Shown one piece after another: positions 12,797-23,913 of a DNA stretch of 64,000 nt (positions are counted from its first letter, which is position 1; each line of letters starts with the position of its first letter). A program made the position numbers and the translations under genes. Origin of the DNA: Azolla caroliniana (taxonomy: Eukaryota > Plantae > Polypodiophyta); the NCBI GenBank assembly GCA_043228905.1, contig JBHGNT010000002.1:27590001-27654000 (forward strand). The letters run 5' to 3'. Below the pieces are notes generated by a model. It was not told where the DNA came from, searched no databases, and saw only the letters and a list, made by a program, of their open reading frames with translations.

Positions 12797-13167
12797 TGCA
12801 TAACTTCTTCCCTTTACCTATGAAAAGTGAGGACGAGCCAAAATCGATCAACCATTGCAAGGTCTTCACCGGGAGCGATGATGTGGGTAGAATCATCGAC
12901 CTTTCGAGGTTCGAGTCTTATGAGGATCTTTACAAACGGCTAGAGAAGATGTTCGGTGCCAAGAAACACGAGTTTTTCAACCGGGTCGTCTATATAGATT
13001 TCATGGGTTTCGCGCGTCTTATCGGGGACGAGCCATACCGGTAAGCGAGGTGCTTAAAATATAAATAACTCCATAGTCTTTTCGAAGCTTTCTTTCTTTA
13101 TTTCTAAGGGTATACAATGGGCTGCAGGGATTTTACGAGGAACGTTAAACAATTGAAAATACTTTGA
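9804..13167 (+). CDS. ARF10/16/17: Class-C auxin response factor; exons 9804-11282, 11932-13040, 13128-13167 (about 875 aa)
   Basis: Motifs: LWHACAG, YFPQGHAEHA, B3 domain [53 protein letters not shown], ancillary domain GMRFKMAVETEDASRISWFMGT, VTWDEPDLLQGMSRVSPWQVE, the miR160-site peptide MQGARH, LLFG, and PB1 (HCKVF..VGRIIDLS..IGDEPYRDFTRNVKQLKIL). GT-AG introns at 11283-11931 and 13041-13127 keep the frame. Confidence 0.93.
11301..11468. repeat. Intronic minisatellite, about 5 copies of a 29-37 bp unit
   Basis: Repeated tggtttggtatttttgcttcatttggacatg just after the intron 1 donor site. Confidence 0.9.
12171..12191 (+). promoter_or_regulatory. miR160 target site
   Basis: ACGCATGCAGGGAGCCAGGCA versus the miR160 complement TGGCATACAGGGAGCCAGGCA: one G:U pair and two mismatches at the miRNA 3' end. 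Confidence 0.9.
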
Positions 13168-13749
13168 GAACGCACAAGGAGAGTGATCAAAGAAGTTGCT
13201 TTACTATGGGTTCTTCATCTATGCTTTTTTGAGACTCATGGGCACTAAGTAACTTACAACTTATGAAGAAAGAATTTGAATTTTTCATTTTGGTATTTGA
13301 AAGTCTTCATATGGTGGTATTTTAAAGTGTCTCTTCTCTTTGTTTTATTCGTCGCATCTTGCGTTCAAACTCCAAAGACGTTCCTGATACATGAGTTTTG
13401 CATGTCCCACTCTTTTGTTTTAAGGCATTTGTGTCCACGGGTTGGTTTTAACCTTGCACCGCATAATCCACAATGTGGTAGAATATGTTCTTCTTGGAAA
13501 TCTCATAGAAGAGAGCTCAAATCACATCAAGATTCATTTAATGTTCCTCGGATAATAGCATTTGAGATTTGCTATGTTGATGATAACACTATGATGCAAT
13601 CGTGTTTCACCATGATCGATTGTAATCAAATGCTTGTCATGTTGATGATAACATTCTGATGCAATTGTGTTTCACCATGATTGGTTGCAACTAAATGCAC
13701 TAAACCAATCTCATAAGAAAAGTTTTGAACTCAAATATGGGCCTTGTAA

Positions 13750-14760
13750 AATATGCCATGTCACTTGTAAACGTTTAGAGTGGGGGTTGCCAAATCGTTT
13801 AAGTAACTTTTATTGAACTTGTATCATGTGAACTAACATAAAAAAGACCTTAGTAGAGGTATTCTAACCAATTGGGACTTGTGGCATAAATGTATGGGTT
13901 TCTCTAGGTGAGGCAAACTCAAAAGCCCCTTCCTTAACACCCTTGCGCCTATTGGTTCAAAAAGAAACATTTGGAAATACCCCCAAGGGTTTAAAATGCC
14001 CAATGTTAAATACAAAAGTAAGTAATGTAAATGATTAAGAGGGCCAATATTGAATCTAAAATCTTGTGTATTTAATGTAAGGAGGAAATCTTTCTCGTAG
14101 CATGGGCTCTCAATATCCTAGGGTTGTAATAATTGCTAAATTCGTTATGTAGAGAAAATAATAAGTCACATGAACAATTTCATATGATTCCTTAACAATC
14201 CTTAAGCGGTGATGAAGTTCTTATGCCCATATCCAATTTCACAAACCACACGATACTATGGTTATATCATGCCATGGACGCACCTAGAATATGATATAGC
14301 GTAATTATTTGGGGGCCAGCTCTTTATCACCCAATGAAAGGACATATGTATTAAAAGGGAAGTATTATGAAGAGTTCACCAATTAATATGATACCATTTA
14401 TAGGATTGAAAGCCCTCCATCCATATCACACGGAGTGAAGAAGAGAGAAGAGGAGTCATCCTAATTAAAAAGCTTGAGAAGGAGCAATTAGAAATAATTT
14501 CCATTGTAGCATTGTCCAAATGAATACTAGTTAGAAGATCACTAAGATACATAAGTTAAACAAACACTATGTAAACACTAATGGGCTCTCCAAGATTTGT
14601 GACAAATATGGAATAGCATTGTTCATGTTTGGGTAGGATGACCTTAGACACGTCCACTTTAGAATAAGATCAAATACCCACATCCTTGAGGACATGACAC
14701 TATGTTGGAGTGACATACGCTACATTCCTTATGTTGACAGAGAGAGGATCTTCCACCTAT
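13750..14760 (+). pseudogene. Very decayed Copia pol remnant
   Basis: Traces of DLWHKCMG (pre-integrase LWHxRxGH), APRI*Y (QAPRxWY) and LFM..DDL. Confidence 0.35.
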
Positions 14761-15513
14761 GTTAAGCACTTTTTCACATTCAAATATTTTCTTTGGATTT
14801 ATATCATTTGATGTATCATAATTGTTTCATATGGGACATTTACTTTAAGAAAATATTAACTTCTTTTCTCTTTCTATATAGAAATGTCATGAAACATTAG
14901 ATATTTAAAAGGATTTTATCCATAAGGATGATCGCATTATCAATGTGCTTTACATGAATGTGGAGGTTGTGTATATGGGGAAAAGTCTAAGGTGAGCCAA
15001 ACAAAAACCTCTCTTGCTCTAGGCCTCCAGAAAACCTCTAGCATTGACACTCAAAATGAAACTGAATGTAATTTGCATCGCAAGGAGGGACAAACACATT
15101 GGGCAAACATGACGTTGGGCAAACATGTAAGTTGTCATGTTGCCAATGGCACAGATGTGAACCACCTTCAAACCAATCACATTCACCCATTACACATTAT
15201 AGTAGTGTTATTTAGGGATGTAATGATTGTGTAGAAAATGAAGATGGGATATTGTGTTGACCTACGAAAATCATGATAAGCCATTGGCGATGACTTGGTG
15301 TTTAGTCAACATGAAGCATTTTGCTTGAAACTATTATGGTGACAAGCCACATACTAACTATTATGATAATGACTACTTACTATCTAGCATGATGACTATT
15401 AACTTTCATGGTGTCGAGATAATTTATGTTGCTGCGAAATATTGTGGTAACTTATGTTGCTATGAAATATCATGGTGACTTAAGTCACTACGAAGTATTG
15501 TGGCGGTGTAAGT

Positions 15514-16197
15514 CACTTTGAATATCAGTATTCAATGATCATGAGGGCATGCTTGTGATGCAACTAAAAATAATGAATGAAAACATGACGGAAGACTCCG
15601 AAGGAAACAAAGGGATACAAAAGGATGATCCACTAAATTGGGAAATAAAGGATGAGGAGAAGAGTAGTAGGGGCCCATGATCGCTCAACACTCCCCCTCA
15701 AGCTCAACTTGAGGTCGGATCGTGGTGTCTGTGTCTGCAGTAGCCAGTCCTTACCTTCGGCTCCTTTTGACGTCGTCCCGCCTTGCTCACGCGCCTCGTC
15801 CGGTCCGGTTCTGTGCACCTCAACCTCCTTGGCCGGCTTGTCTACTCAGTAGGCCCACTTTGAATATCAGTATTCAATGATCATGAGGGCATGCTTGTGA
15901 TGCAACTAAAAATAATGAATGAAAACATGACGGAAGATTCCGAACGAAACAAAGGGATACAAAAGGATGATCCACTACATTGGGAAATAAAGGATGAGGA
16001 GAAGAGTAGTAGGGGCCACATGATCGCTCAACACTCCCCCTCAAGCTCAACTTGAGGTCGGATCGTGGTGTCTGTGTCTGCAGTAGCCAGTTCTTTCTTT
16101 CGGCTCCTTCTGACGTCGTCCCGCCTTGCTCGCGCTCCTCGTCCGGTCCGGTTCTGCGCACCTCGACCTCCTTGGCCGGCTTGTCTACTCAGCAGGC
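15514..16197. repeat. 342-bp tandem duplication spanning the 3' end of the Copia element
   Basis: 15514-15855 is nearly identical to 15856-16197, and both copies include the PPT ctccccctcaag. Confidence 0.9.
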
Positions 16198-19100
16198 CCA
16201 TTTCAGCTCCTTCGCTGCTATGACTCCGACGCTTGTTGACCCATCGGTTCCTCCGTGTTGGTGTCGACTTCCGCTGCCTTCTTGTCCGCTTGGCCTTTAG
16301 TTGATCTGGCTCTTCCGTATCCAATTGTTGAACCGAATCGGCTTCCTCTGATTCGTTCCAACTCTTGCCCGAGTTGGTAGTCTCCAACTCGCCTTTTGTT
16401 TTTAGGCCCTTCACCACATCGGACCACGTCCGGGTCTTGGCCTTCTTCCAGTCGGCTCTGTCCTTCTTGACTCTGCCGCCGCCGCCGCTTGCTCTAACTT
16501 GTTTGGATGTGCCGACTCCTTTGGTTGGCTCGGCTTCCTTTATCTGCTGATCTCCCCCCTTGGTTCTTTCTTCCTCTCTGGCTCCTTGTCCGGTGCCATC
16601 CATTCTCGTTCCTATTCTCCCCCTCAAGTGCGGCACATTGAGATGTTGAATGCTGAGCATCTCCGAAAAATGTTGCAACTTGTCTGATCCGAGCGGCTTG
16701 GTGAAGATGTCGGCAACCTACCAATCCGTGTGAACATACCGAAGTTCACCTTCACTGCTTAGGACCCGTTCACGAACAAAGTGATAATGCACTTCTATGT
16801 GCTTTGTCCGAGCATGGAATACAGGGTTCTTGGCGAGCTGTATGCTGCTTACATTGTCACAATAAATCAGGATCGGGGTCGACACCTCGATCCGGAAGTC
16901 TCGCATCATTCGCCGAAGCCAGATGGCTTCACAAGTGGCAATGGTAGCGCTCTGATACTTAGCCTCAGTGCTCGATAGAGCCACTGTTGGCTGCTTTTTG
17001 CTGCTCCATACAACAACTGCGCTATCAAGAGAAAACATGTAACTGGAGGTGGATCAGTGATCCGATGCATCACCAGCCCAATCGGCATCGATATACCCGA
17101 TCAACTTCCCATCTATATTGTGTCCGTATAACAGTCCCCGGTCCTTCGTGCCGCTCACATATCACAATAGTCGATGTGCGCACTGAAGGTGCTCCACGGT
17201 CGACTTCTGCATAAACTGGCTGATCACCCCGACTAGATAATTGATGTCGGGTCCGGTGATCGTCAAGTATATAAGGCTTTCGACAATTTTTCGGAACCGT
17301 TTCTCATCGCAGGACGGGCCGGAGTCGGGACGTAGCTTCAGGTTTTAGTCTAGGGTTGTGGAGATTGGTCGGCATTCCATCATGCCGAACTTGTACAACA
17401 TATTCAACACATAGTGTCTTTATGAGAGCAATATTCCATCTGGGGTCCAGATCACCTCGATCCCAAGAAAATAATGAAGGTCCCCCAGGTCCTTCATTTC
17501 AAATGTGTCCGACAACTGGGACTTCACTCTGCCGATTTCATCTAGTCTAGGTCTGGTGATGACTAAATCATCAACATATAACAAGTTACAAACTGGACCG
17601 TTCGGACCTTTTCGGATGAACAGTGACGAGTCGGACTTTGAGGCCACAAACCCCATCTTATGCAACCGGTGCGTGATCTTCGCATTCCAAGCTAGGGGGG
17701 CTTGCTTCAGACCGTTCATCTCCAATTGGAATCTGGGGGGTTGGATCATATAGATCCGTTCTTCAAGGTCACCTTGAAGAAACACATTCTTCACATCCAT
17801 TTGGTGAAGATGCCATCCCCTTGTTGTAGCAACAACCAGTACCACACGAACCATCATCATCTTCGCTACTGGAGCGAAGGTCTCGTTGTAGTCGATTCCG
17901 TGGGTCTGTGCGTATCCCTTTGTCACTAACCAGGCCTTGTACCGGTTGACGGAACCGTCAACATTGTACTTCACATTATATACCCATTTGAAACCGATCG
18001 GTTTACACTTTCGGGGAGGGTCAACCAGGTCCCATTTGTCATTAGCATCAAGTGCCTGCATTTCTTCCTCCATAGTAGCACGCCAATTTGCGACTTTTGC
18101 TGCTTCTGCGTAGCTCTCCGGCTCACGCACTTCCACCACCTTAGTCATGTACGCATAAAGATGCGCCATGTAATCATTGTATTCGTACCTCTGGACGGGG
18201 TTCTTCTGGCGGATTGAGCGGCGTAACTTTTCGTTAGCCGGTTTGAGGCCCTTCTTGGCCGGTTCAAACTTCCTTTCTGAAGATCCTCCTTCTTCATTTC
18301 CGGGGTCAGATTCTTTCTAATCTGACCCTTCACTATTGGTATCGTATTTCGACATCTTCTTCTTCCCCTTCTCTTTGCGCGTGAACCATCTCCTCGGTTC
18401 CTTGCGTGGGGAGAGCACGACAGAGTCTCCACTACTCGTCGGTTCTTCATCCGATTGGTCATCCCTCGGCCGCTCATTCGGTCCACTTAGCCGGAATGAG
18501 ATCAGACACTCATCTAGAGTATTGAGTCCTTCATCTTCTTCTTGGACCTCTCCGGGTTCACTAGCCTCATCCTCCGGAATCGGGTCTTTGTCGGGAGTTG
18601 GAGTTGGTAGGGAGTACCATGATGCCGACTCATCAAACTCGACATCTCGACTTACTCGTACTTGTTTAGCCTAGAGGTTATAACACTTATACCCCTTCTG
18701 TTCATGCGAGTAGCCGAGGAGTATGCACTTCTCCGATTTCGGATCCAGCTTCCTCCACTTCTCATCTGGTACATGCACATATGCTTTGCTACCGAATATC
18801 CAAAGGTGTCTCAAATTCGGCTTCCACCCGAAATACAGTTAATGTGCTAACACCTCGTCCCCGATCTGGTTTTGGATGTAGACGGCCGTCCGGACCGCCT
18901 CAACCCAATAGAAGTTGGGCATGCTCTTCTTCTCTAGCATTGCCCTTGCCATGTCGACAATCAACCGGTTATGTCTTTCGGCCACACCGTTTTGTTCCGG
19001 TGTATATTGGCAGCTGAATTCTCTCCGAATTCCTTTTTGCTGCAGATAACTGTTGAATTGGCCAGAAAAGTATTCTTTTCCGCCATCCGACTGCATGCAC

Positions 19101-21397
19101 TTTATCTTCCTCTCTGTTTCCCTTTCAACTAAGCTTTGAAGGTTCCGGAAATAGTTGAAGACTTCGCTTTTCTTCTCGATGAGGTAGATCCACGTGTGTC
19201 GGCTGTAGTCGTCGATGAAGGAGACGAAATACCGACTCCCGCCAAGACTAACGGTCTATGCCGGTCCCCATACATCTGAATGGATTAAATCGAGCTTGTT
19301 ACCGCTCCGGTTTCCTTCGGTGGGGAATGGAAGCCAGTGCTGCTTCCTAAGTTGGCAAGCTTCACATATTTGGGCCTTCCGGCCACTAAACTTCGGCAAT
19401 CCGAACACAACTTGTTTCGATTTCAGATCTTGAAGCCTCCAGTAGTTGACGTGGCCAATCTACTTATGCCAGAGATCGATGTTCGATTCAATCTTCTGTC
19501 CTTTGGCAAACATGACAGTGGCAACGTCATTTGTGTTGAGGATGAACATCCTCCCTTCCCTGCGCCCTTGCGCGATTATCCGGCCTTCTTCCTCGATGAA
19601 GCACCCCAGGTGCGTAAACCGCACTTGCATTCCCTAGTTGACGATTTGTCCAACCGACACCAGGTTCTTTGTGATTGTCAGAACGTGTAATACGTTCATA
19701 GGTTTTCCCGTTTGTCCAACATGGCTTAAACGGACTTCTCTGACATGCACAATCGGGTGAGGGGTGTCGTCTCCGGTTTCGACGATTCTCGGTTGTTCCG
19801 GTTTCTCCAAAAACGAGAACCACTCTTCGTGGCTCATCATGTGGTTTGACGCTCCGGAATCAACATACCATACTTCCTCCTATCCGGAAGTGGTCTTCTT
19901 CATCGAGTTCGCCTTATGCTTCATCATGAAGGCTGGCCCTTTTCTGGTCTTCCCTGTTCCGTATCCTTTCGATCCTTCTGCATAGTGCGAGCTTTGCCGG
20001 TTCCTTTGTCCGGCCTTGCCGGATCCGGATTTATCCGAATCAGCACGCTTCTTCCAACACTCGTTTTCTCTATAGCCTTTCTTGCCATAGTACCAACATT
20101 CTGTGTTAGTTTTCGATTGCCGGTTTCTGGCTCCGACTTGACTCCCCCTGCTTGTGGAGGGTCCGCAACTATGATTGGCACTATCTCTGTGCCTTCGGTT
20201 CTGCTCTTGCCGGCCGCCTCCATTGTGTGCCGACCCACCTCGTCCTCCACACCCATGGGGTCGATCCGCCTCCATGTACAACATCCGGTTGTCCGATTGA
20301 GTGGTCCTCGACCCACTCGCGTGGTTTTCTTCGACCATCAACATGGATTGTAAGTCGAAGAAGAACGGTGGCTTCTCCTGGGTGCAAATTGCCGTCCGAT
20401 TGGCCCGTACTATTGTGTTAGACCACCAAGACAGATCTAGATCATCTCTTCTTCTTCCACCATTACATTGATGGATGCGAGTGCATCGCAGATTTGCTTA
20501 ATCTTTGTGGTGTAGTCCGTAACCAACATATCTCTCTGCCGGATGTTGTTCAGCTCTTGTGACGAAAATCTTCCGTAGATTTTCCCAGGCCTCCTTTGGC
20601 GTTTTTGTATCCTTGATGTAGTTGAGCATCTGATCGTGCACACCGGACGTGAGGCAATACAATACCCGGCTCGCTCCTTGCTCCCATGCCAGGAAGTCTT
20701 TGTGTGCTGGCTCTGGTGCTACCTCATTGGTTCCTTCCACATAGCTCCAATATCCATGCCCCATTAGGTATTGGTGCATTTTATATGACCAGGATGCATA
20801 GTTGCTTCGGTCAAGCTTTTCTGTGGGAAGCGAACTTGTCATACCTCTGTCCATTTCGGTTCTCTAATGTTCTTCACCGGGTGTTAGGGTTTGTCTTCGA
20901 AAGCGTCTGTCAGATGTAGAGGAATCTCAATCCTCGCGCTCTAGTACCATGTAAAAGTTAGCGTGCGGAAGCTTGACAAAACCGGTTTACCCGGGCAGCA
21001 ACAGAGAATAGAAAACACAGGTTCAATGGAAGCTTGAGAATATTTAGTATACATGGGAGAGAGAGAGAGAGAGCAGAACATAAAACTCTATTCTAAAATA
21101 ATAATCCTTTGTGTACATAGAATGTGCTCAAAGAGCACTTTTATACAAGTCCATAAAGGAATGACAAAAGTACTGACAGGTACTTCAATGCTCATACGAG
21201 CGACTGTCACTGACTCCCAAAAATATGCCTATGTACTAGTTGGATCCGTAGGCCTCTAACGGCCTACCGGTTTCAGTTCGATCCGGCTCCTAGTTCCAGA
21301 TATAACCTGGACACCGATCCGATTCTCCGTTCCGGATGCCGATCCGGCTTTGGCTTATTCAGCCTATCCGGATCCGGTTGAGCTTGCTCGCTCTACA
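16024..21397 (-). mobile_element. Decayed Ty1/copia element (5' LTR 20950-21397; matching 3' LTR absent)
   Basis: LTR TG..CA, PBS TGGTACTAGAGCG (tRNA-iMet-like, 20937-20949), gag MTSSLPTEKLDRSNY, PR WYVDSGASNHM, IN SDGGKEY/TPEQNGVAER, RT LLYVDD, RH KKQPTVALSSTEAKY..FHARTKHIEVHYHF, PPT at 16034-16045. It has many frameshifts and stops. Confidence 0.9.
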
Positions 21398-21549
21398 GAA
21401 GGATGTGCATAAGTTAGGGAGTAGAGGTGCAGGTATCATTAGTCACCAAGGGAAGGGGAGATGTCTATGGTAATAATGTGTTTGGGGTTTTGGGGGGAAT
21501 AAGAGTAGTTGAGTCACATAGGTGACTTTTTAGATGAGATGGATGAAGG

Positions 21550-22850
21550 ACAACTAGCGGGATTATCACCATCAACCACTTAGGATTCCCAAACCTTCTT
21601 CTCTCTTGCCCTTTGTAGCTTGAGGTTGATGGTAGCCTAGAAGGAAAAAAATATGCCCAAACAATCACTTGCCCTTGGGATTTCCCAAGATGAGGTCAAC
21701 AAGATGTAATTCACTTTGTAATGAATGAGTTTTGAATTCCAATAGGAACATGGATGCCTCCCGATAATGAATGGTTCAACCAATCCTATATCTAATAGTT
21801 GGTTTGCCATATTCAATACCATGTAGGGCCCAAAGTACCACATGGACAGGGTTTTTTAAGGTTCCCTCCCTAACAGGGAGTTAAAGGCCGAACTTGAAGG
21901 CACAAAGTATTAATGAAGGAATGTAAATTTATTTTTATCTTCAAATATATATGTACATGTGTACAATAGCGATGACCATACAAGGCTAATTAAAACTAAG
22001 TTTCCATTGTTGTTAGAGGAACGGGTTCAATTGGAAGTCATTTATGAGTTGTGGCACAATGTGACTGTCCAACTTATGGATATCAAGCTTTTGTTTGTCC
22101 TTTGTATTCTTGATCCAACATGGGCCAATCCATTGCATTTTAAGTTTGTTGGGTATGAGCTCGGATCATGTATAAAGGTGGAGTACAAGTTTGTCAATGG
22201 AGAATATGCCCGTCTTGATGGAAAAAATGTTGATAAACATATGCCTTGCAACAATGTTGAAGGACATTGAGATGCAAAATATATTAAGACAATCTTTGGC
22301 CATGGGGTGAGCAACTAAACTTTACACTTTCAACAAGATGAATATTCTTCGTCAGCTTCGCCTTGACTTTAATTTCAAGGTTGAGTTCATGTAGGATGAC
22401 AACTTTAAAGAAAAAATCCAAACGAAATACCAACACGTTGACACTTATTTTATAGACCATTTGATATACCCGTGCCATGAAATGTTCATCTTTTCATGGT
22501 GCTAGACTACTCGTCCCATATGCCACACGAATGTCTTCAAATTCCAAGAGAACAATGTCTAACAAGCGACTTTGCCGAGTAAAGTAGCCTTAACCAACAA
22601 ATACATGAGCATGGATCAATCTATGTGAAAGAGGAATTTGCGACTTACCAAACGGTGTCGGAAAATGTTGATGTTGTAGATTATTCACAAGGCTTCTTGC
22701 TCCATTTTCTAGTAGTTCCACTTGGCTTTGGATCATTTTTAAATGTTGGCATAACACACCAATAAGCATAATCTTTAGGGAGTCGAAGGTGTGGTCCTCA
22801 ATATTTATCTATTTAAAATAATGCATTTCATGGACAGTTGCATGTAGAGG
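21550..22850 (-). pseudogene. Decayed Ty3/gypsy RH-integrase remnant
   Basis: WYFGPY (GPY/F motif) and RH-like RLDFFFKVV. Heavily mutated. Confidence 0.5.
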
Positions 22851-22980
22851 TGTTGCAAAGTCAGTTAGGTACCATGCATGCACTTGTGTCATTATTATTA
22901 TTAGATTGAGAGATTGTTATGCACACATAGCGTAGGTGAGGGTAGGTCACTAATATTTACATAATTGAAGGGTATGTTCA

Positions 22981-23425
22981 TGTTGAGATATCAAGCTCAA
23001 CTAGATTTAGTTAGTTAGTCAACACACGTAACTTAACAGTTACCTAGATAGAATCTAGTTAGTTTGTTGACTATAAAGCCTTAAATAGGATTTCGTACTT
23101 GAGTGGGATACATTGTAGATCCTCCACTCCCATGTTCATTTAATATAGGACTTACACCTTTGTACATATATTCTATTTACACATGTGCACCTTTGCACAT
23201 GAGATGTATATATACCTCATTGTGGGTATTTTTGTATTTGATGATGCTTTTTAATATAGTTAATCATCCCCCATCTTGTCTCATTGTTTATAAGTGTAAC
23301 TCTCTCTCTCTCTCTCTCTTCCTCTCACACACATACACATACACACACATATCACATAACCTTCCGCTGCTTAATCACATAATTAGGTACTAATTAACCC
23401 GTACTTAATTACCTAATTCTTAACA
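22981..23425 (+). mobile_element. Copia solo LTR with 5-bp TSD GTTCA
   Basis: TGTTGA..TTAACA with gttca at 22976-22980 and 23426-23430. Homologous to the LTR at 24799-25257. Confidence 0.9.
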
Positions 23426-23804
23426 GTTCACTAATGTTAGAAAGGGACTAATGTGATTGGATAGAAGGAATGATAGGTGCATGCACTACCAATGAATGGA
23501 GAGTCATTTAGAAAAACACATCTATTCAAGGGGCTTAGGTAGATGTATAAATATGAGGCCTAACTACCCTCATAAACACATTACATCGGAAGGCTCTCGT
23601 CTTAAGACACCGGTGGTGTGGGCTAGGCTTTCGTCACGACACCCGTGTTATCTCTTCCAAGGTATTAGTCATCCTAATATCCAACAGTATGGGACATCGG
23701 AGGTAGGTTGGCTATGTCTTGATCATAACTAGGGGGTGGTCAGGTGGAACGGGTTCTTCTATCTAATCTGTTTACCTTATTGGTCTATTGATTAGTAATA
23801 GACT

Positions 23805-23913
23805 AATCATCTGAAGCAAGATTCTAGCGTGATCTTTATTATGAGTTTATTGGTCTATTGATTAGTAATAGACTCGTAATAGAGATCACGCTAGAATCTT
23901 GCTTTAGATGATT
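23805..23913. repeat. 47-bp-arm inverted repeat (hairpin)
   Basis: Arms at 23805-23851 and 23867-23913, a 15-nt loop, and 4 differences between arms. Confidence 0.9.
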
